Virus record (IMG/VR): IMGVR_UViG_3300037311_000228
Location: 1 to 54,323 of that record
From: a virus
Taxonomy: Duplodnaviria > Caudoviricetes
Length of the DNA: 54,323 bases
Strand: one strand, 5' to 3'
The notes beneath the pieces were generated by a model, which was given only the letters and a program-made list of their open reading frames with translations, made no database searches and was not told the DNA's origin. Positions 16,735-27,753 of this stretch are shown here, piece by piece (position 1 is the first letter of the stretch; each line of letters starts with the position of its first letter). A program made the translations under genes and the position numbers.

Positions 16735-19547
16735 CGCAGAAAAAATTTGGCTACTCCTTCGATCTGAAGGCGGGGGATCTGAGCGGGTTGCAGGCGCTTT
16801 CGACGCTGCAAACCGAGCTGACAGGGACAAGGACTGTCATTGATCAAATTCGCGCCAACGGGGGGATCGGCGGGGTCGCTGTTGGCGCGGATGAGGTCGA
16901 AAAGGCGGAGCTGAAGCTATCCCAATTGACCGCGCAAGCGGCACTCGCCGAGCGCGAACTTGCTAACCTTGCTGTCGAGATGCAGGCGCTCGATCCGGCG
17001 TCGCAGGCATTCGAGAAGGCACAAGCCCGCGCGACCGAACTTCAGCAGAAGTTGATCGGCATCCGTGAAGCCGCCGAGAGCATCCCCGCGAGCTTTACCG
17101 ACTACGGCTCGCGGTTCGCACAAGCCAGTGATCGCGCCAGTGTGTTTGGTGACACATCAAGCGGGATCAGCGCTGTAGGGGGGTTGGTCGGCACATTCAG
17201 CCCTGAAGCAAGCGCGGCGCTGATGGCGGGGGTCGGCATCACCGATACACTTGAAGCCCTCCCCCGCCTTCAAGAGTCCTTCCGCGAGTTGGGGGCGCGC
17301 GCGAAAGACCTGCCCGGCATTTTGGGGTCGGTGGCGTCACTTGGTGCGGCGGCGGCGGGCGGGTTGGGGGGCGCAGCGGCGGGACTGGGCGCAATTGTAG
17401 CGGTTGCCGCGCCGATCATCGCCGTCGTGGGCGGTGTAGCGTTGGCGTTGAAGTCTTTGAGTGACAATGCAGACGCTGCACGCGCAGAAGTTGAAAGACA
17501 AAATGAAGCCTTCGACCGGCAATTGGCATTGCGCCGAGAGGTGGGGTCGCTGGCGCAGGGGGATCTCGGCACGTTCGAGGCGGCGCGTGCTGATGCGCTG
17601 GCTGCGCAAGCCGATGAGCAAACACGCTTGGATCAGGCGCAAGCCGAACGCGACCGTATCACGGCGGAATATGACAACTTAGGCGCATCGCTCAATCCTG
17701 GTGAGCGAGCGCGGCTGGGCGCTGAAGGACAAGCTGCGGATGCGCGGCTCGCTGAAGTCACCGCCGCATTTGAGCAGGCAACCGAGCGTGTAGCGGAATT
17801 TGCGGAATTTACAGACGCGGCACTGTCGAACGACTCGGCAAGGCGCGCGGCGGCGGAGCAACTCGATACCCTGATGCGTCGCGCTGAGATCGAGCGTCAG
17901 CTCAACGACATCATCGCGCAGGGAAACACCGGAGCGATTCATGCACGGCGCGATGCGATCTCGCAAGAAATTCATGAGATCGAAGATCTGATCGCCTCGC
18001 TGCGCGGACTCGGCGAAGGCAATGAAGCGGCGGCGGCGCAAATTGACGCGCTTACCCAACAGCGCGACGCGCTGTTCGACGAAGACACGCTGTACCGCGA
18101 TGCTGTCGCGCGGACGGCAGACACCGCCGCGATGAATGACCAGATCGCCGCGCTGCAAGCCCGCGCGCAAGCTGAGATCGATCTGCGCACGCTGACTGAA
18201 AGCGCGACGGTGGAACAGATCGAAGCCCGTCAACACGCAATTGAGATCGAACGCGAGGCGCTGCAAACACTGCTTCCTGAACTGGAAGCCCTCAGCGGGG
18301 AAAGCGAAACTGCCGCACAAGCCCTGACCGACGCACAAGAACGCTTGCGGGCTTTAGGGGAAGAGTCGGCGAACTTGACCGCGACGGTGTTGCCCGCCGC
18401 GCGCGCGCGCCAGATCGCAGATGGCGCGGCGGCAGTGACCGCCGCCGAGTCGGATCGTGACAGCGCCATCGAGAGACTGCGCGCGCAAAGCCTTGAGCGC
18501 GTCGAAGAACTGGAAATGCAGCACGGCAAAACGCTTGAGAAGATCGCGCTCCAAGCTGAGGACGCCCTGCGAGCAGCCATTGCCAAAGCGGTTGAAGCGC
18601 GCGCGAAGATCAACACGGACTACATGAAGTCCGAAGCGAAAGCCTACGAGAACTTCTTGCGTGAAGAGCGCGAAAAGACCGATGCCGCCAATGTGGATCG
18701 TCTGCGCAAACTCGAAGACCTAAACATCACGCTCGGCAAAGCTGAAGCGGATAACAACGTCGTCGCTTTCCTCGAAGCACAGGCACAAGCCAAGCTGGCG
18801 CTCGAACGCGATCGGGAAGACTTAGAGACCGCCCAACAGCAGCGGCAAGACGCTTTTCTGCGTGAACGCGATGAAGCAAGAACGAACTACGATGCGCGGT
18901 TGGCTGAAGTCGAAGCAGTGATGCTCAAAGAGAGCGAGATGATCCGGACGCGACGGGAGCAGCAGATCGATGCGTCAAATGCAGCACTCGAAGAGCAAAC
19001 ACAAAAGCTCGACAAGTCGCTGCAAGATCAGATTAACGCCCAGAATGACGCGGCGGACGTCAAACTTGCTGCACTACGTGAACAATACCGTATTGAAGGG
19101 ACGCTGGCAACCGGGCAAGCGAAAGACATCAGCGAGGTATTCAGCGGCGTCTTGGCGTTCATCGAACTTGGCGTCCAACAATTGCGCCGTCGGGCAGCCA
19201 GCTTCGCAAGCACGCCTGTATCCAGCAGCGGTAGAGGGAGAAGCGGGCGATCTGGTGGGTTCATGTCGCAAGCGCGAGCGTTTGCCGACGGAGGCATCGT
19301 GCTTCCCGGCGAAGAAGTCGTCGGTATCTTTGAGCGCGAACGATCTTATGCAGAGGCGGTGATCCCGTTAGAGCGAGGGCTGCTCAACCGCTTTGGGCTT
19401 GGCGGGAACAGTCGCTCGGTCGTGATCAATACAGGGGGGATCAACATCACGGGCGAGGGAGTTACTATCGCAGAGGTCAATAAGGGTCTCGATCTATTGC
19501 GTGGCGAAATCTTGGAAGCCATCGATCTTGTGGAAGCAGGAACATAA
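16731..19547 (+). CDS. Tape measure protein
   Basis: 938 aa, Ala-rich helical, G/A hydrophobic segment, C-terminal AFADGGIV...EAVIPL. Confidence 0.9.
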   Translation: MTQKKFGYSFDLKAGDLSGLQALSTLQTELTGTRTVIDQIRANGGIGGVAVGADEVEKAELKLSQLTAQAALAERELANLAVEMQALDPASQAFEKAQARATELQQKLIGIREAAESIPASFTDYGSRFAQASDRASVFGDTSSGISAVGGLVGTFSPEASAALMAGVGITDTLEALPRLQESFRELGARAKDLPGILGSVASLGAAAAGGLGGAAAGLGAIVAVAAPIIAVVGGVALALKSLSDNADAARAEVERQNEAFDRQLALRREVGSLAQGDLGTFEAARADALAAQADEQTRLDQAQAERDRITAEYDNLGASLNPGERARLGAEGQAADARLAEVTAAFEQATERVAEFAEFTDAALSNDSARRAAAEQLDTLMRRAEIERQLNDIIAQGNTGAIHARRDAISQEIHEIEDLIASLRGLGEGNEAAAAQIDALTQQRDALFDEDTLYRDAVARTADTAAMNDQIAALQARAQAEIDLRTLTESATVEQIEARQHAIEIEREALQTLLPELEALSGESETAAQALTDAQERLRALGEESANLTATVLPAARARQIADGAAAVTAAESDRDSAIERLRAQSLERVEELEMQHGKTLEKIALQAEDALRAAIAKAVEARAKINTDYMKSEAKAYENFLREEREKTDAANVDRLRKLEDLNITLGKAEADNNVVAFLEAQAQAKLALERDREDLETAQQQRQDAFLRERDEARTNYDARLAEVEAVMLKESEMIRTRREQQIDASNAALEEQTQKLDKSLQDQINAQNDAADVKLAALREQYRIEGTLATGQAKDISEVFSGVLAFIELGVQQLRRRAASFASTPVSSSGRGRSGRSGGFMSQARAFADGGIVLPGEEVVGIFERERSYAEAVIPLERGLLNRFGLGGNSRSVVINTGGINITGEGVTIAEVNKGLDLLRGEILEAIDLVEAGT

Positions 19548-19548
19548 T

Positions 19549-20004
19549 ATGACCTACGGAGAACGCTTGGCACCCGGCACGCTCACCGTGTCAGCACTCA
19601 CTTCGGCATACGATATTGAGGCATTCCCGCGAGCCGCCGATCAACCTGTTGCAATAGCGTGGTCTGGGTCGCTGATCGCCCCCTACGATCCAGCCGGGGA
19701 ATTGGTTGACGCGCTCGACTTCTCACGCGGCGCGCAAGGGAACGGCGTTACTGCCCTCGTGTTTCCGTACTGCACGCCGGGCATGGTGCAGTATCTCAAC
19801 GACACCTTTTTCCCTGATGGCGCATGGTCGGCGCTCGTGACGGTGCGCGTTCTCGATCCGACAGTTTTGGATGCAGGCGAAAATTGGCGCGTCATCAACG
19901 CCACGGCGCTGCGCAACTTGCCAAGTAAAGCAGGCGAGCTGTATTTTGAGGGGCTGCGGGATTATCGGATCGACCTAGTGGACGCTAAGGATGCCGCCCC
20001 ATGA
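19549..20004 (+). CDS. Putative distal tail protein
   Basis: Immediately after tape measure. Confidence 0.55.
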   Translation: MTYGERLAPGTLTVSALTSAYDIEAFPRAADQPVAIAWSGSLIAPYDPAGELVDALDFSRGAQGNGVTALVFPYCTPGMVQYLNDTFFPDGAWSALVTVRVLDPTVLDAGENWRVINATALRNLPSKAGELYFEGLRDYRIDLVDAKDAAP

Positions 20005-23000
20005 CCCTTCGCATGACCATCGAAGATGTAGCGCGGCTACGCGCGCAGCATCATCAGCACACACTCACCCTCAACCTGACGCCCAAGATTGTGGTTGCGA
20101 CAGCGCGAATCAACCAGTCAACGTTTGACTATCCGCTGGCACAATTGACTATCGACAATGCCTTTCTCTGGGAAAACGTGCGCGTTGGGCAGATGGTGTT
20201 AATCGGAACAACCGAAGGTGGGTCGGACGTCGCCGTCGGTGTCGTGCGGAAGCCTCCCGCGCCCACGACACTCTATATTGACGCGAAGTCGAAGGGCGCT
20301 CCGGGATACCGCACGCGCGTTATCCCGGAGCTGGCAAACAACCAATACATCAGTATTCTCAGCGTTCGCCCGCCTTGGAGTCATTATTCTCGGATCGCAG
20401 ATGGGAATTTCTACAAACAATTTGACCGTGCCTACATCAACGAGGGCAGCCAGCCCGCGCCGCTCGTCCAGATGGGTCCCCATCGACAGGCATACGTCGA
20501 TGCCGACACTGGCGCAGCGGTGATGCAGCTTACAGCGACAATGCGCACATGGGGGACAGCGACGAGCGCAAGCCTGCTGTGGGACTTAGGCGGCGGCGCG
20601 ATCGCAAGCGGGGATGAGACCAGCAGTAGCATTGGAGCCGAGTTCGCGCCCGGTTTTTATGTCATCAGCTGCACAGGGACCGACACAAATGGGAAGTCGC
20701 ATACCGCTTATCGTTATGTTTTTGCCAACGACAAGGGATCAAGTGCGACTTACCCTGCTTTTGGGGATATCCATCCCTACTTGATCGTCAACGATACGAC
20801 ATCACGCGCCGGACGCGACATGCAGATCGCTCTTGAAGGCGACTATAACGAAAGTCAAATTTACCCCGGCATGGCGGCGCTGTTGACGGAAACGGCGCTG
20901 TTCAACAAGGAAGCCCTCGACGACGAGACGCAGCGGATCGGCAATTATTTCGGTTACATCGTTGATGTGGACACGAAACGCGAACAAGTCCGCCGCTCAG
21001 TCTCGCTGCGCTGTCGCTCCCCCTTCGGCGCGTCGTCCGAACTTGGCGCAGCGGCGCAGCAGATGGAGGAGACGACCAGTCCGACAAATTGGACGCAGGT
21101 CACCAGCGCCCTTTCGCACCCACCGGGCGCGCTCTATTACGTGGCGGCATACCACGCGCCATTCCTTGTCGATGCCCACGACCTCACCTTCAACGCCGCG
21201 TTGCTGACGTACCGAAAAAAGACGTTCGCGCTGCAAGGGGTCACGATAGGCGCGCAGTTGGAAGAAATCGTCAAGCTGCTGCCGGGCGGCGTCGGGTGTC
21301 GCAGCGACGGCGCATTGGTGCTTTCACGATCTCCCCTCCACATGAGCAGCGGCGACCGCAGTGGCTTAGATACACAATTTGAGTGGAATGCAGGCGATAT
21401 CGTCGCCCCACTCAACTTACAGTTGAAGGCGAAACCTGCCGTAGGATGGGTGAACGGCGGCGCATTCGCCTATAACGGCGGCGATGTACGCGGGTATCGA
21501 AGCCGTGCGCCGGGGGTGGTCAAAGGACAAGCATCCGGCACGCGCGATCTGACTGTGATCGTGCCGTCATCCGACACGGCAACCGAACAGGCGCGGTGCA
21601 ATGCCATCGCTGGACATGAGTTCGCGCTCGTCAACAGCCGTATCGAGACGCTGCGCACGACCGCTGATCGAAACATCGATATCGCCGAACCTGCTGACGG
21701 CGAGACGTGGCACACCCTGACCCTACCCGCGCGCTACAGTCCCTTGGGCGAGGCGATGAACGCTGTCCGCGCGCTACCTGTGAATGTCACACGGACGTGG
21801 GGAAAGCGCGGCGTCAAGCGCATTGAGATCGAATGGCAATTGGAGACAAGCGGGCAGCCGGGTGTGACTGTCACCGAACAAGGCGCGCAAGACGAAGCCG
21901 ATATTGTTCTTGTGGCGAAACGCACCATCACGTCGTTTCTCGCTGCGTGGGATGGCGCAGGGCGTGCCGGATGCTGCTTCAATTTCCGTGATGAAGCACC
22001 AGAATGGGGGGACTGGAGTCAGCCGGGCGAGATCGTTTGCGGCATTGCGTTTGACAATGGCTCATCGTTGGCGGGTGCAGACTGGGCGCGCGATGAGGCA
22101 GACCTAGAGCGGCTCGGCGCGTGGAAACTGACAACCGCAGGAACCGCCCTCAAAATTTACCGGACGGATGACGCGCTGGCGGAATCTGTCGTCTGGACGC
22201 TTCAACACACCTACACCGCCGATGACCCGACAGTCGTTTATTCAGCGCGCCTTGTCAGTCATGCTTCAATATCGGCGGCGGCGGTCGCATGGCACACGCA
22301 AACAGGGACGCGCACAGCTCGCTACGTGGATGGAAGCTGGCAACCTGAAACACGCGCGGGGAGCAGCAGTGCGACGGATACCGACAGTGACGATGCGAAT
22401 ATGGGTTTGTGCTTCGACGGGGACAATATCATCGTGACCGCCATGTCTGCGTCAGGGGTGTGGGCGCTTTATTGGACAGAAATGGTAAGCGGCGTCTTTT
22501 CGCTTGTCACCAGCCTACCAACCGGAAGCCTTCCACATGTCATGATCACCAGCGACCAAGAGGGGCGGGTTTATTTCTCTCGCGCGCTAGAAAGCGCATT
22601 TGCCGACACCTATAGACAGGATTTTGAACTGGGGGCGATCTCATATCTACTCACCAGCGCAGGGCGCGAGGCAGCCAACCCCAATTTAGGATTTGGACTA
22701 CTCACCGATTCCATTACCATCGGTGCCGGATATAACACCAGCGCGCCGCACGGATTTAGCACCGCCTACGAGGTCAAATACACGGAGAAATACCAAGCGG
22801 GGCAGAATTTCATTTGGCATGTCACGCGGGTTCAAGCGACCATTCAACTCGCCTCCTACGAACACAATATCGGAACAGTGTGGAACATTGAGTACGGCTA
22901 CGATCTGCTCGACATTGATGAGAATGTTCTTCATGCCGCGCGCTGGTCGGCTGCCCCAACCCGACTGACTTCAAGCGTGCTGTGGTACACGACGTACAGC

Positions 23001-23525
23001 GCAGGTGAGGCAGGGTTAGATATTGATAATGTCTGCTATGTTCGCTTCACCGTGCGGTCAACAACCGATGTACCCAAGACAGCGGCGGATCAGCAATTTT
23101 ACCTACTGATCGACAACCTTGAGATGGATGTTGACGGCATTATCAAAAACAGCGCCGTCTATCGGGTCAGCAACTACACGGGAACGCCGGCTTTTGTCAA
23201 TGTCTCGCCTGAAAACATTTATGGCTATGTTGCGCATCCTTTCGCGCTCGATGTCACTCCCGCTGCCACGCAGCGGCTTGAGGCAGTAAGCGAAATACGG
23301 ACTGTGCCTCGTCGTTACTTCTCGACGAGCCGCGGCACAACATGGACATTGCGCGGCGTTGTTGAAGATACGGGGGTGCGCTGCGCCCAAGCCGACTACT
23401 TGCTGTTCGGGGATGAACATCTTGACATTGAGGTGGAGGGCGTAAGACGCTCGCTCGTCGGGAACTGGGCATCTGTGATCGGGGGACTTGACTATTTTCG
23501 GGGTGTAGCGGGGTTTTTCGTATGA
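20001..23525 (+). CDS. Large tail tip / baseplate hub protein
   Basis: 1174 aa beta-rich ORF with ATGA overlaps in the tail operon. Confidence 0.65.
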   Translation: MTLRMTIEDVARLRAQHHQHTLTLNLTPKIVVATARINQSTFDYPLAQLTIDNAFLWENVRVGQMVLIGTTEGGSDVAVGVVRKPPAPTTLYIDAKSKGAPGYRTRVIPELANNQYISILSVRPPWSHYSRIADGNFYKQFDRAYINEGSQPAPLVQMGPHRQAYVDADTGAAVMQLTATMRTWGTATSASLLWDLGGGAIASGDETSSSIGAEFAPGFYVISCTGTDTNGKSHTAYRYVFANDKGSSATYPAFGDIHPYLIVNDTTSRAGRDMQIALEGDYNESQIYPGMAALLTETALFNKEALDDETQRIGNYFGYIVDVDTKREQVRRSVSLRCRSPFGASSELGAAAQQMEETTSPTNWTQVTSALSHPPGALYYVAAYHAPFLVDAHDLTFNAALLTYRKKTFALQGVTIGAQLEEIVKLLPGGVGCRSDGALVLSRSPLHMSSGDRSGLDTQFEWNAGDIVAPLNLQLKAKPAVGWVNGGAFAYNGGDVRGYRSRAPGVVKGQASGTRDLTVIVPSSDTATEQARCNAIAGHEFALVNSRIETLRTTADRNIDIAEPADGETWHTLTLPARYSPLGEAMNAVRALPVNVTRTWGKRGVKRIEIEWQLETSGQPGVTVTEQGAQDEADIVLVAKRTITSFLAAWDGAGRAGCCFNFRDEAPEWGDWSQPGEIVCGIAFDNGSSLAGADWARDEADLERLGAWKLTTAGTALKIYRTDDALAESVVWTLQHTYTADDPTVVYSARLVSHASISAAAVAWHTQTGTRTARYVDGSWQPETRAGSSSATDTDSDDANMGLCFDGDNIIVTAMSASGVWALYWTEMVSGVFSLVTSLPTGSLPHVMITSDQEGRVYFSRALESAFADTYRQDFELGAISYLLTSAGREAANPNLGFGLLTDSITIGAGYNTSAPHGFSTAYEVKYTEKYQAGQNFIWHVTRVQATIQLASYEHNIGTVWNIEYGYDLLDIDENVLHAARWSAAPTRLTSSVLWYTTYSAGEAGLDIDNVCYVRFTVRSTTDVPKTAADQQFYLLIDNLEMDVDGIIKNSAVYRVSNYTGTPAFVNVSPENIYGYVAHPFALDVTPAATQRLEAVSEIRTVPRRYFSTSRGTTWTLRGVVEDTGVRCAQADYLLFGDEHLDIEVEGVRRSLVGNWASVIGGLDYFRGVAGFFV

Positions 23526-24331
23526 CATCCGAATTTACCACCAAATTAGCAAGTCGTCTTGCGGGGATCGTTCAGCGTCTCATCCCCGCAAGGCTGGGCA
23601 ACCCGGTCACACGGGCGGTTGGCGTCCAGACAGACGCGGATACGATTGGCTCCGTCTGGGTGCATGACATCGTTGACGATCCTGCGGGAGTCACACTGGC
23701 GCTCAACTCTGGACGTGGACGGATCGCGGTCTCTGAATTGCGCTACGGACGCCCTGTGCTGCTGCGCCGTGTAGGACAACGATACCTTATTGATGGCGTC
23801 GACCCGGAACTCGACCCCTTGTTCATGGCAGGCGTCGCCGATTCTGCGCGCACTGCTGTTCGAGCGGCGGAAATTGATATTGGATTGATTCAAGCGACAA
23901 AACCGCCATCCATGCGCGCGTTGGTGTCCGAAGGACTGTACACGATCAACAACACGCCGTATCTTGTGGATGATATGTTGACACGCGACTTTAGCACAGA
24001 CATTCCGTCTACGAGCGGGGGTGCAGTTGCGGTACTGGTCGAGTTAGACCTGCCAAGCGTCACTTTGAGCTACAAAATAAGCGGCGAATTCAGGGCGGCG
24101 CTGACGCACAAGCAGGCATTTCGGCTGTGGTATCCCATGCCGAATATTGATCGTCTTGCAATAGGGTACATCAAGTTGATCGCTGGAATGTCTGCGATCA
24201 ACAACACAATACACATTTTCCCAGCGCAGGCACTGCTTACGATGGTCAGCATCGGCGGCATTCTTGACCGGATAATCACCGACGGGAACGCGCCACTACT
24301 GGACGATAACGGTAATATTCTGTGGGGGTAA
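23522..24331 (+). CDS. Minor tail protein
   Basis: Position and ATGA overlap. Confidence 0.55.
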   Translation: MTSEFTTKLASRLAGIVQRLIPARLGNPVTRAVGVQTDADTIGSVWVHDIVDDPAGVTLALNSGRGRIAVSELRYGRPVLLRRVGQRYLIDGVDPELDPLFMAGVADSARTAVRAAEIDIGLIQATKPPSMRALVSEGLYTINNTPYLVDDMLTRDFSTDIPSTSGGAVAVLVELDLPSVTLSYKISGEFRAALTHKQAFRLWYPMPNIDRLAIGYIKLIAGMSAINNTIHIFPAQALLTMVSIGGILDRIITDGNAPLLDDNGNILWG

Positions 24332-24339
24332 AAGTTTCA

Positions 24340-25404
24340 ATGCCCAATATTGCGAAAGGCGACGCCTCTAGCGCCGTTCGACTCAAGGAAGGGGCAGCGC
24401 CAGCAACGCCCCCGTCTGGTTACGCCGACCTGTACGTTGATAGTACAGGGAAACCACACGCAAAAACAGACGGCGGGATCGTCTACGACTTGACAGGAAC
24501 GGGGAGCGCCCCCTCGACGCCGGAGTACGTGATCCGCGTGGCAAGTGCCTCGCTCGCCAACGCGCAAGTGCTTTCGACACTGCCGACAGGGGCAATGCAG
24601 GTTGCGACGGGAAGCGGCGCAGTCTCTTCCCTGAAGTCAAATTTGCTCGCATCAACCGATCCGGGTCCCGGCGACGACTCCGCAGACGGCTATGGACCCG
24701 GATCGGTATGGGTCAATTTGACGGGAGACCGCGCCTTTATGTGCGCTGACAATACGGCGGGCGCTGCGATCTGGAAACAGGTAGGGGTTGGCGCGCCTAA
24801 TGGTACGCCGGATATGGCTGCCTGCGTTGCGCCGCCCACAACGGGGTGGTCGTGGCTGAATCAGGGCGGTCTGACTATTGATGAACGCTCGACCCATTTG
24901 CACCTTTACGCGCCAAGCGGCGCGAACCGCGCAACCGATATTCGGGGTCGAGTTCGTACCGCGGGGGTCTCTGAACCGTGGACATTGACGGCGGCGGTGC
25001 GTATTTGGAGTCATGGATCAGACGAGGGGCGCTCCTTTGTACTATTCATTCGTAGCAGCACCTCAGGGCGGATCGACGCCTTTCAGCTCAATATTGAAAG
25101 CGCAAGCACCTCGATCCACGAGTGGATCGACGAAACAACAGTAGGGACTACAGAAGCAAGCTTTCCGGTTCCAATTCTCAATCCTCAGCATCCTCACGCC
25201 ATCTACATGCGGTTGCGCTGTGTCAGCGGAGAATTGTTTGGGGCGTACAGCTACGATGGAATAGATTGGGGGGACGAAACCCCCGCCTATCCCATCCTTG
25301 CCACGGGGTACAACCAATTTGGCTTTGGATATCTCGAAGACGGGAGCGGTGAGACTATTGACGGGCGGACGGATATCAATTTAATTTCGTGGAGCGTCAC
25401 ATGA
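24340..25404 (+). CDS. Tail fibre-like protein with a possible lectin-like C-terminus
   Basis: EGAAPATPPSGYADLY, DDSADGYGPGSVWVN...CADNTAGAAIW and YSYDGIDW segments. Confidence 0.6.
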   Translation: MPNIAKGDASSAVRLKEGAAPATPPSGYADLYVDSTGKPHAKTDGGIVYDLTGTGSAPSTPEYVIRVASASLANAQVLSTLPTGAMQVATGSGAVSSLKSNLLASTDPGPGDDSADGYGPGSVWVNLTGDRAFMCADNTAGAAIWKQVGVGAPNGTPDMAACVAPPTTGWSWLNQGGLTIDERSTHLHLYAPSGANRATDIRGRVRTAGVSEPWTLTAAVRIWSHGSDEGRSFVLFIRSSTSGRIDAFQLNIESASTSIHEWIDETTVGTTEASFPVPILNPQHPHAIYMRLRCVSGELFGAYSYDGIDWGDETPAYPILATGYNQFGFGYLEDGSGETIDGRTDINLISWSVT

Positions 25405-25832
25405 GCAATGAAAGTCTATCCCTGCCAGGCTATCGGCAACAGGTCATTATTGCAAACGGCGCATCTGTCAGTTCTGTAGTCGATCTGCGCGGAATCAGTC
25501 CGCGCGGGCTGCGCGTTACACTGCCAGAGGCGTGGACAGCCGCCGATATCGGCATACAGGTCAGCGAATACGTCCTCGCCGCAAATGAAGACACGGGAGA
25601 TATCCCGGAAGAGTCTTGGGAACTGGTGTGTACCAGTGACGCAAGCGTGCGGGCGCTGATCACCAATATCCCGACCAGCATGATCGTGTTGCAAACCTGT
25701 CTTGTCCCTGCGGCGGGATGGGTTGCGGCAAATTACTATTGGCTGCGCTTGGAATCGGTCAGCACAGTTGACTCGTTTGATGGCGTCAACCAAGGCGCGC
25801 CGCGCCTGCTGACTGTGGGGTTGCTGCGGTGA
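25401..25832 (+). CDS. Hypothetical structural protein
   Basis: IANGASVSSVVDL...LPEAWTAADI; coupled start and stop. Confidence 0.6.
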   Translation: MSNESLSLPGYRQQVIIANGASVSSVVDLRGISPRGLRVTLPEAWTAADIGIQVSEYVLAANEDTGDIPEESWELVCTSDASVRALITNIPTSMIVLQTCLVPAAGWVAANYYWLRLESVSTVDSFDGVNQGAPRLLTVGLLR

Positions 25833-27742
25833 GTGGGTACGGGCTTCTGTTGGATATTCCCGCGTTGTTTGCGGAAGACGAACCCGATCTCTTCCTTTTC
25901 CGTGACAGGTTCACGCCGGACGCCGATCCGCTGGCGACGGGGGATGGGCGCACGGTCACGGGGACATGGTACAGCGAGGACGGGGCGCTGCGCGGTGGCG
26001 CAACCAGTTTGTTCGGCGGCGGGTCGGCAGCGTGGGGCGATGCGCGGGTGCTGTGGGAGACGGCGATCACCCGCAGCGCCGGACGGACGCTGATGGCGCG
26101 CGTGACGCCGATTGATCCGGGCGCGCCGCTGTGGTTCGGGCTGCTGCCGAATACCAGCACCAGCGACCCGCGCGCGGCGGCGAATGCGCACGGCTGGCTG
26201 TTCGGGCAAGATACGGGCATTCACATCACCGAGCCGGGCAACACCGTACAGATCGCGGTGTCGAGCCAGTCGGCGCGCCCGACGCAATACCTCGTCGCCC
26301 ATGTTTTGCGGGCGGCGGGCTGTATCACGCTGGTATCGGGCATTGGCGAGGCGGGCGCGTTCGCGGGCAACGCCGATCCGGTTGGCATCCCGACGTATCC
26401 ACAGGCGAAAGTGTTGTGGGCGACGCAAACTGGTTCAGTTTCAACGCTGTATGCGGGGGTGTATGCGACGACCATGCCGGACGCCTATCCGGGCGGACAC
26501 TGCATCGAGGATGTGCGCGTCCTCGACGCCGACGCCTACGCCGGGGCGGACGCGCTGACGACGGCGTATGACGACTTCGCCCGCGCGGACAGCGCCACGA
26601 CGTTGGGCAGCGGTTGGAACGTCGATGCAGGGACATGGGGCATCACGGGCGGCGCGGCGTATGTGCCGAGCGGGAGCGGCTTTGTGCGCGCGTGGCGGGC
26701 GGGGAGCGCGGACGGGATGCTGATCTGTGACCTGACCGTCCCGACGACGCCAAGCAATGGGTTCGGCGTGATTGTGCGGCGGCAGGACGCGGATAACTAC
26801 GTGCGTATTTGGAACGACGGCGACGCCAACAAAATTCAGATCGCTACGTGGGTTGGCGGATCGTTTGGCGCAAACATCTATACGACGGGCGCGGGGATCA
26901 ACTGGGTCGCCGGGCAGACGTATCGGCTGGTGGTGAAGTATCACGGCAACCGCTATCGGCTGTGGATCGACGGCGTGGCGAAAAGCGACTGGGAGACCGA
27001 CGCGAACAGCCGCTTCTTGACCGCGACGGGGGTGGGGCTGTTGGGCTTGGAAACGCCAACGGGCGCGCGTTGGGACAACTTCGCGTGTTATCCGTCGGTG
27101 GTGACGCTGGCGGCGGCGCTGCAACGCGGGAGCGTCCCGGATGTATGGGCGGGCGGCGCTGTGATCGGACAGGACACGTTCACGGACACGGACGGCACGG
27201 CGCTGACGGCACACACGGCGGAAAGCGGCGGAGCGTGGACGGTACACGGGGCGGGAACGTGGGCGATCAGCGGGAACGCCGCCGAACCGACGGGGACAAC
27301 CAGCGCCACGCAGGCGTACAGCACGGCAGCCGTCGAGGTCGAGGGGACGCTGCGCACGGCGGCATTCAACGCGGCGTTGGACAGCATCTTCGCGGGGGTT
27401 CTGGCGCTGCACAACGCGGACGGGACGGCGTTCTATGGCATACGGGCGTACATGGACCCGACGCAGCTTTTCAGCGATGAACTGGAACTGACGATTGAGT
27501 CGCCGTCACTTGCGCGGATCGTGAAGAAGGTGAACATCGGGAATTACTGGCAGCCGTCGAGCGACTATGTGCTGCGGATGCAGGCGCGCGGGCGCTGGCT
27601 GCACGTCTTTTTGAACGGCGGCGGCTGTCTGCTGTCGTATCGGCAGACGGGGACGGTGATGGCAGGGACGCACGCGGGCATGTACGCCGAAGCGTTGGAT
27701 GACGGCACGCGAATGAGCGGCATAACGGTCAAAGTGTTGTAG
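25829..27742 (+). CDS. Putative receptor-binding protein with repeated beta-sandwich domains
   Basis: Repeated DxF...W....GTW.I.G.AA units; Trp/Gly/Thr rich. Confidence 0.6.
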   Translation: MSGYGLLLDIPALFAEDEPDLFLFRDRFTPDADPLATGDGRTVTGTWYSEDGALRGGATSLFGGGSAAWGDARVLWETAITRSAGRTLMARVTPIDPGAPLWFGLLPNTSTSDPRAAANAHGWLFGQDTGIHITEPGNTVQIAVSSQSARPTQYLVAHVLRAAGCITLVSGIGEAGAFAGNADPVGIPTYPQAKVLWATQTGSVSTLYAGVYATTMPDAYPGGHCIEDVRVLDADAYAGADALTTAYDDFARADSATTLGSGWNVDAGTWGITGGAAYVPSGSGFVRAWRAGSADGMLICDLTVPTTPSNGFGVIVRRQDADNYVRIWNDGDANKIQIATWVGGSFGANIYTTGAGINWVAGQTYRLVVKYHGNRYRLWIDGVAKSDWETDANSRFLTATGVGLLGLETPTGARWDNFACYPSVVTLAAALQRGSVPDVWAGGAVIGQDTFTDTDGTALTAHTAESGGAWTVHGAGTWAISGNAAEPTGTTSATQAYSTAAVEVEGTLRTAAFNAALDSIFAGVLALHNADGTAFYGIRAYMDPTQLFSDELELTIESPSLARIVKKVNIGNYWQPSSDYVLRMQARGRWLHVFLNGGGCLLSYRQTGTVMAGTHAGMYAEALDDGTRMSGITVKVL

Positions 27743-27753
27743 GGGGAAACGCG

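Noticed and set aside
20001-27742. Diversity-generating retroelement acting on tail genes
   Set aside because: No reverse transcriptase and no template/variable repeat pair seen
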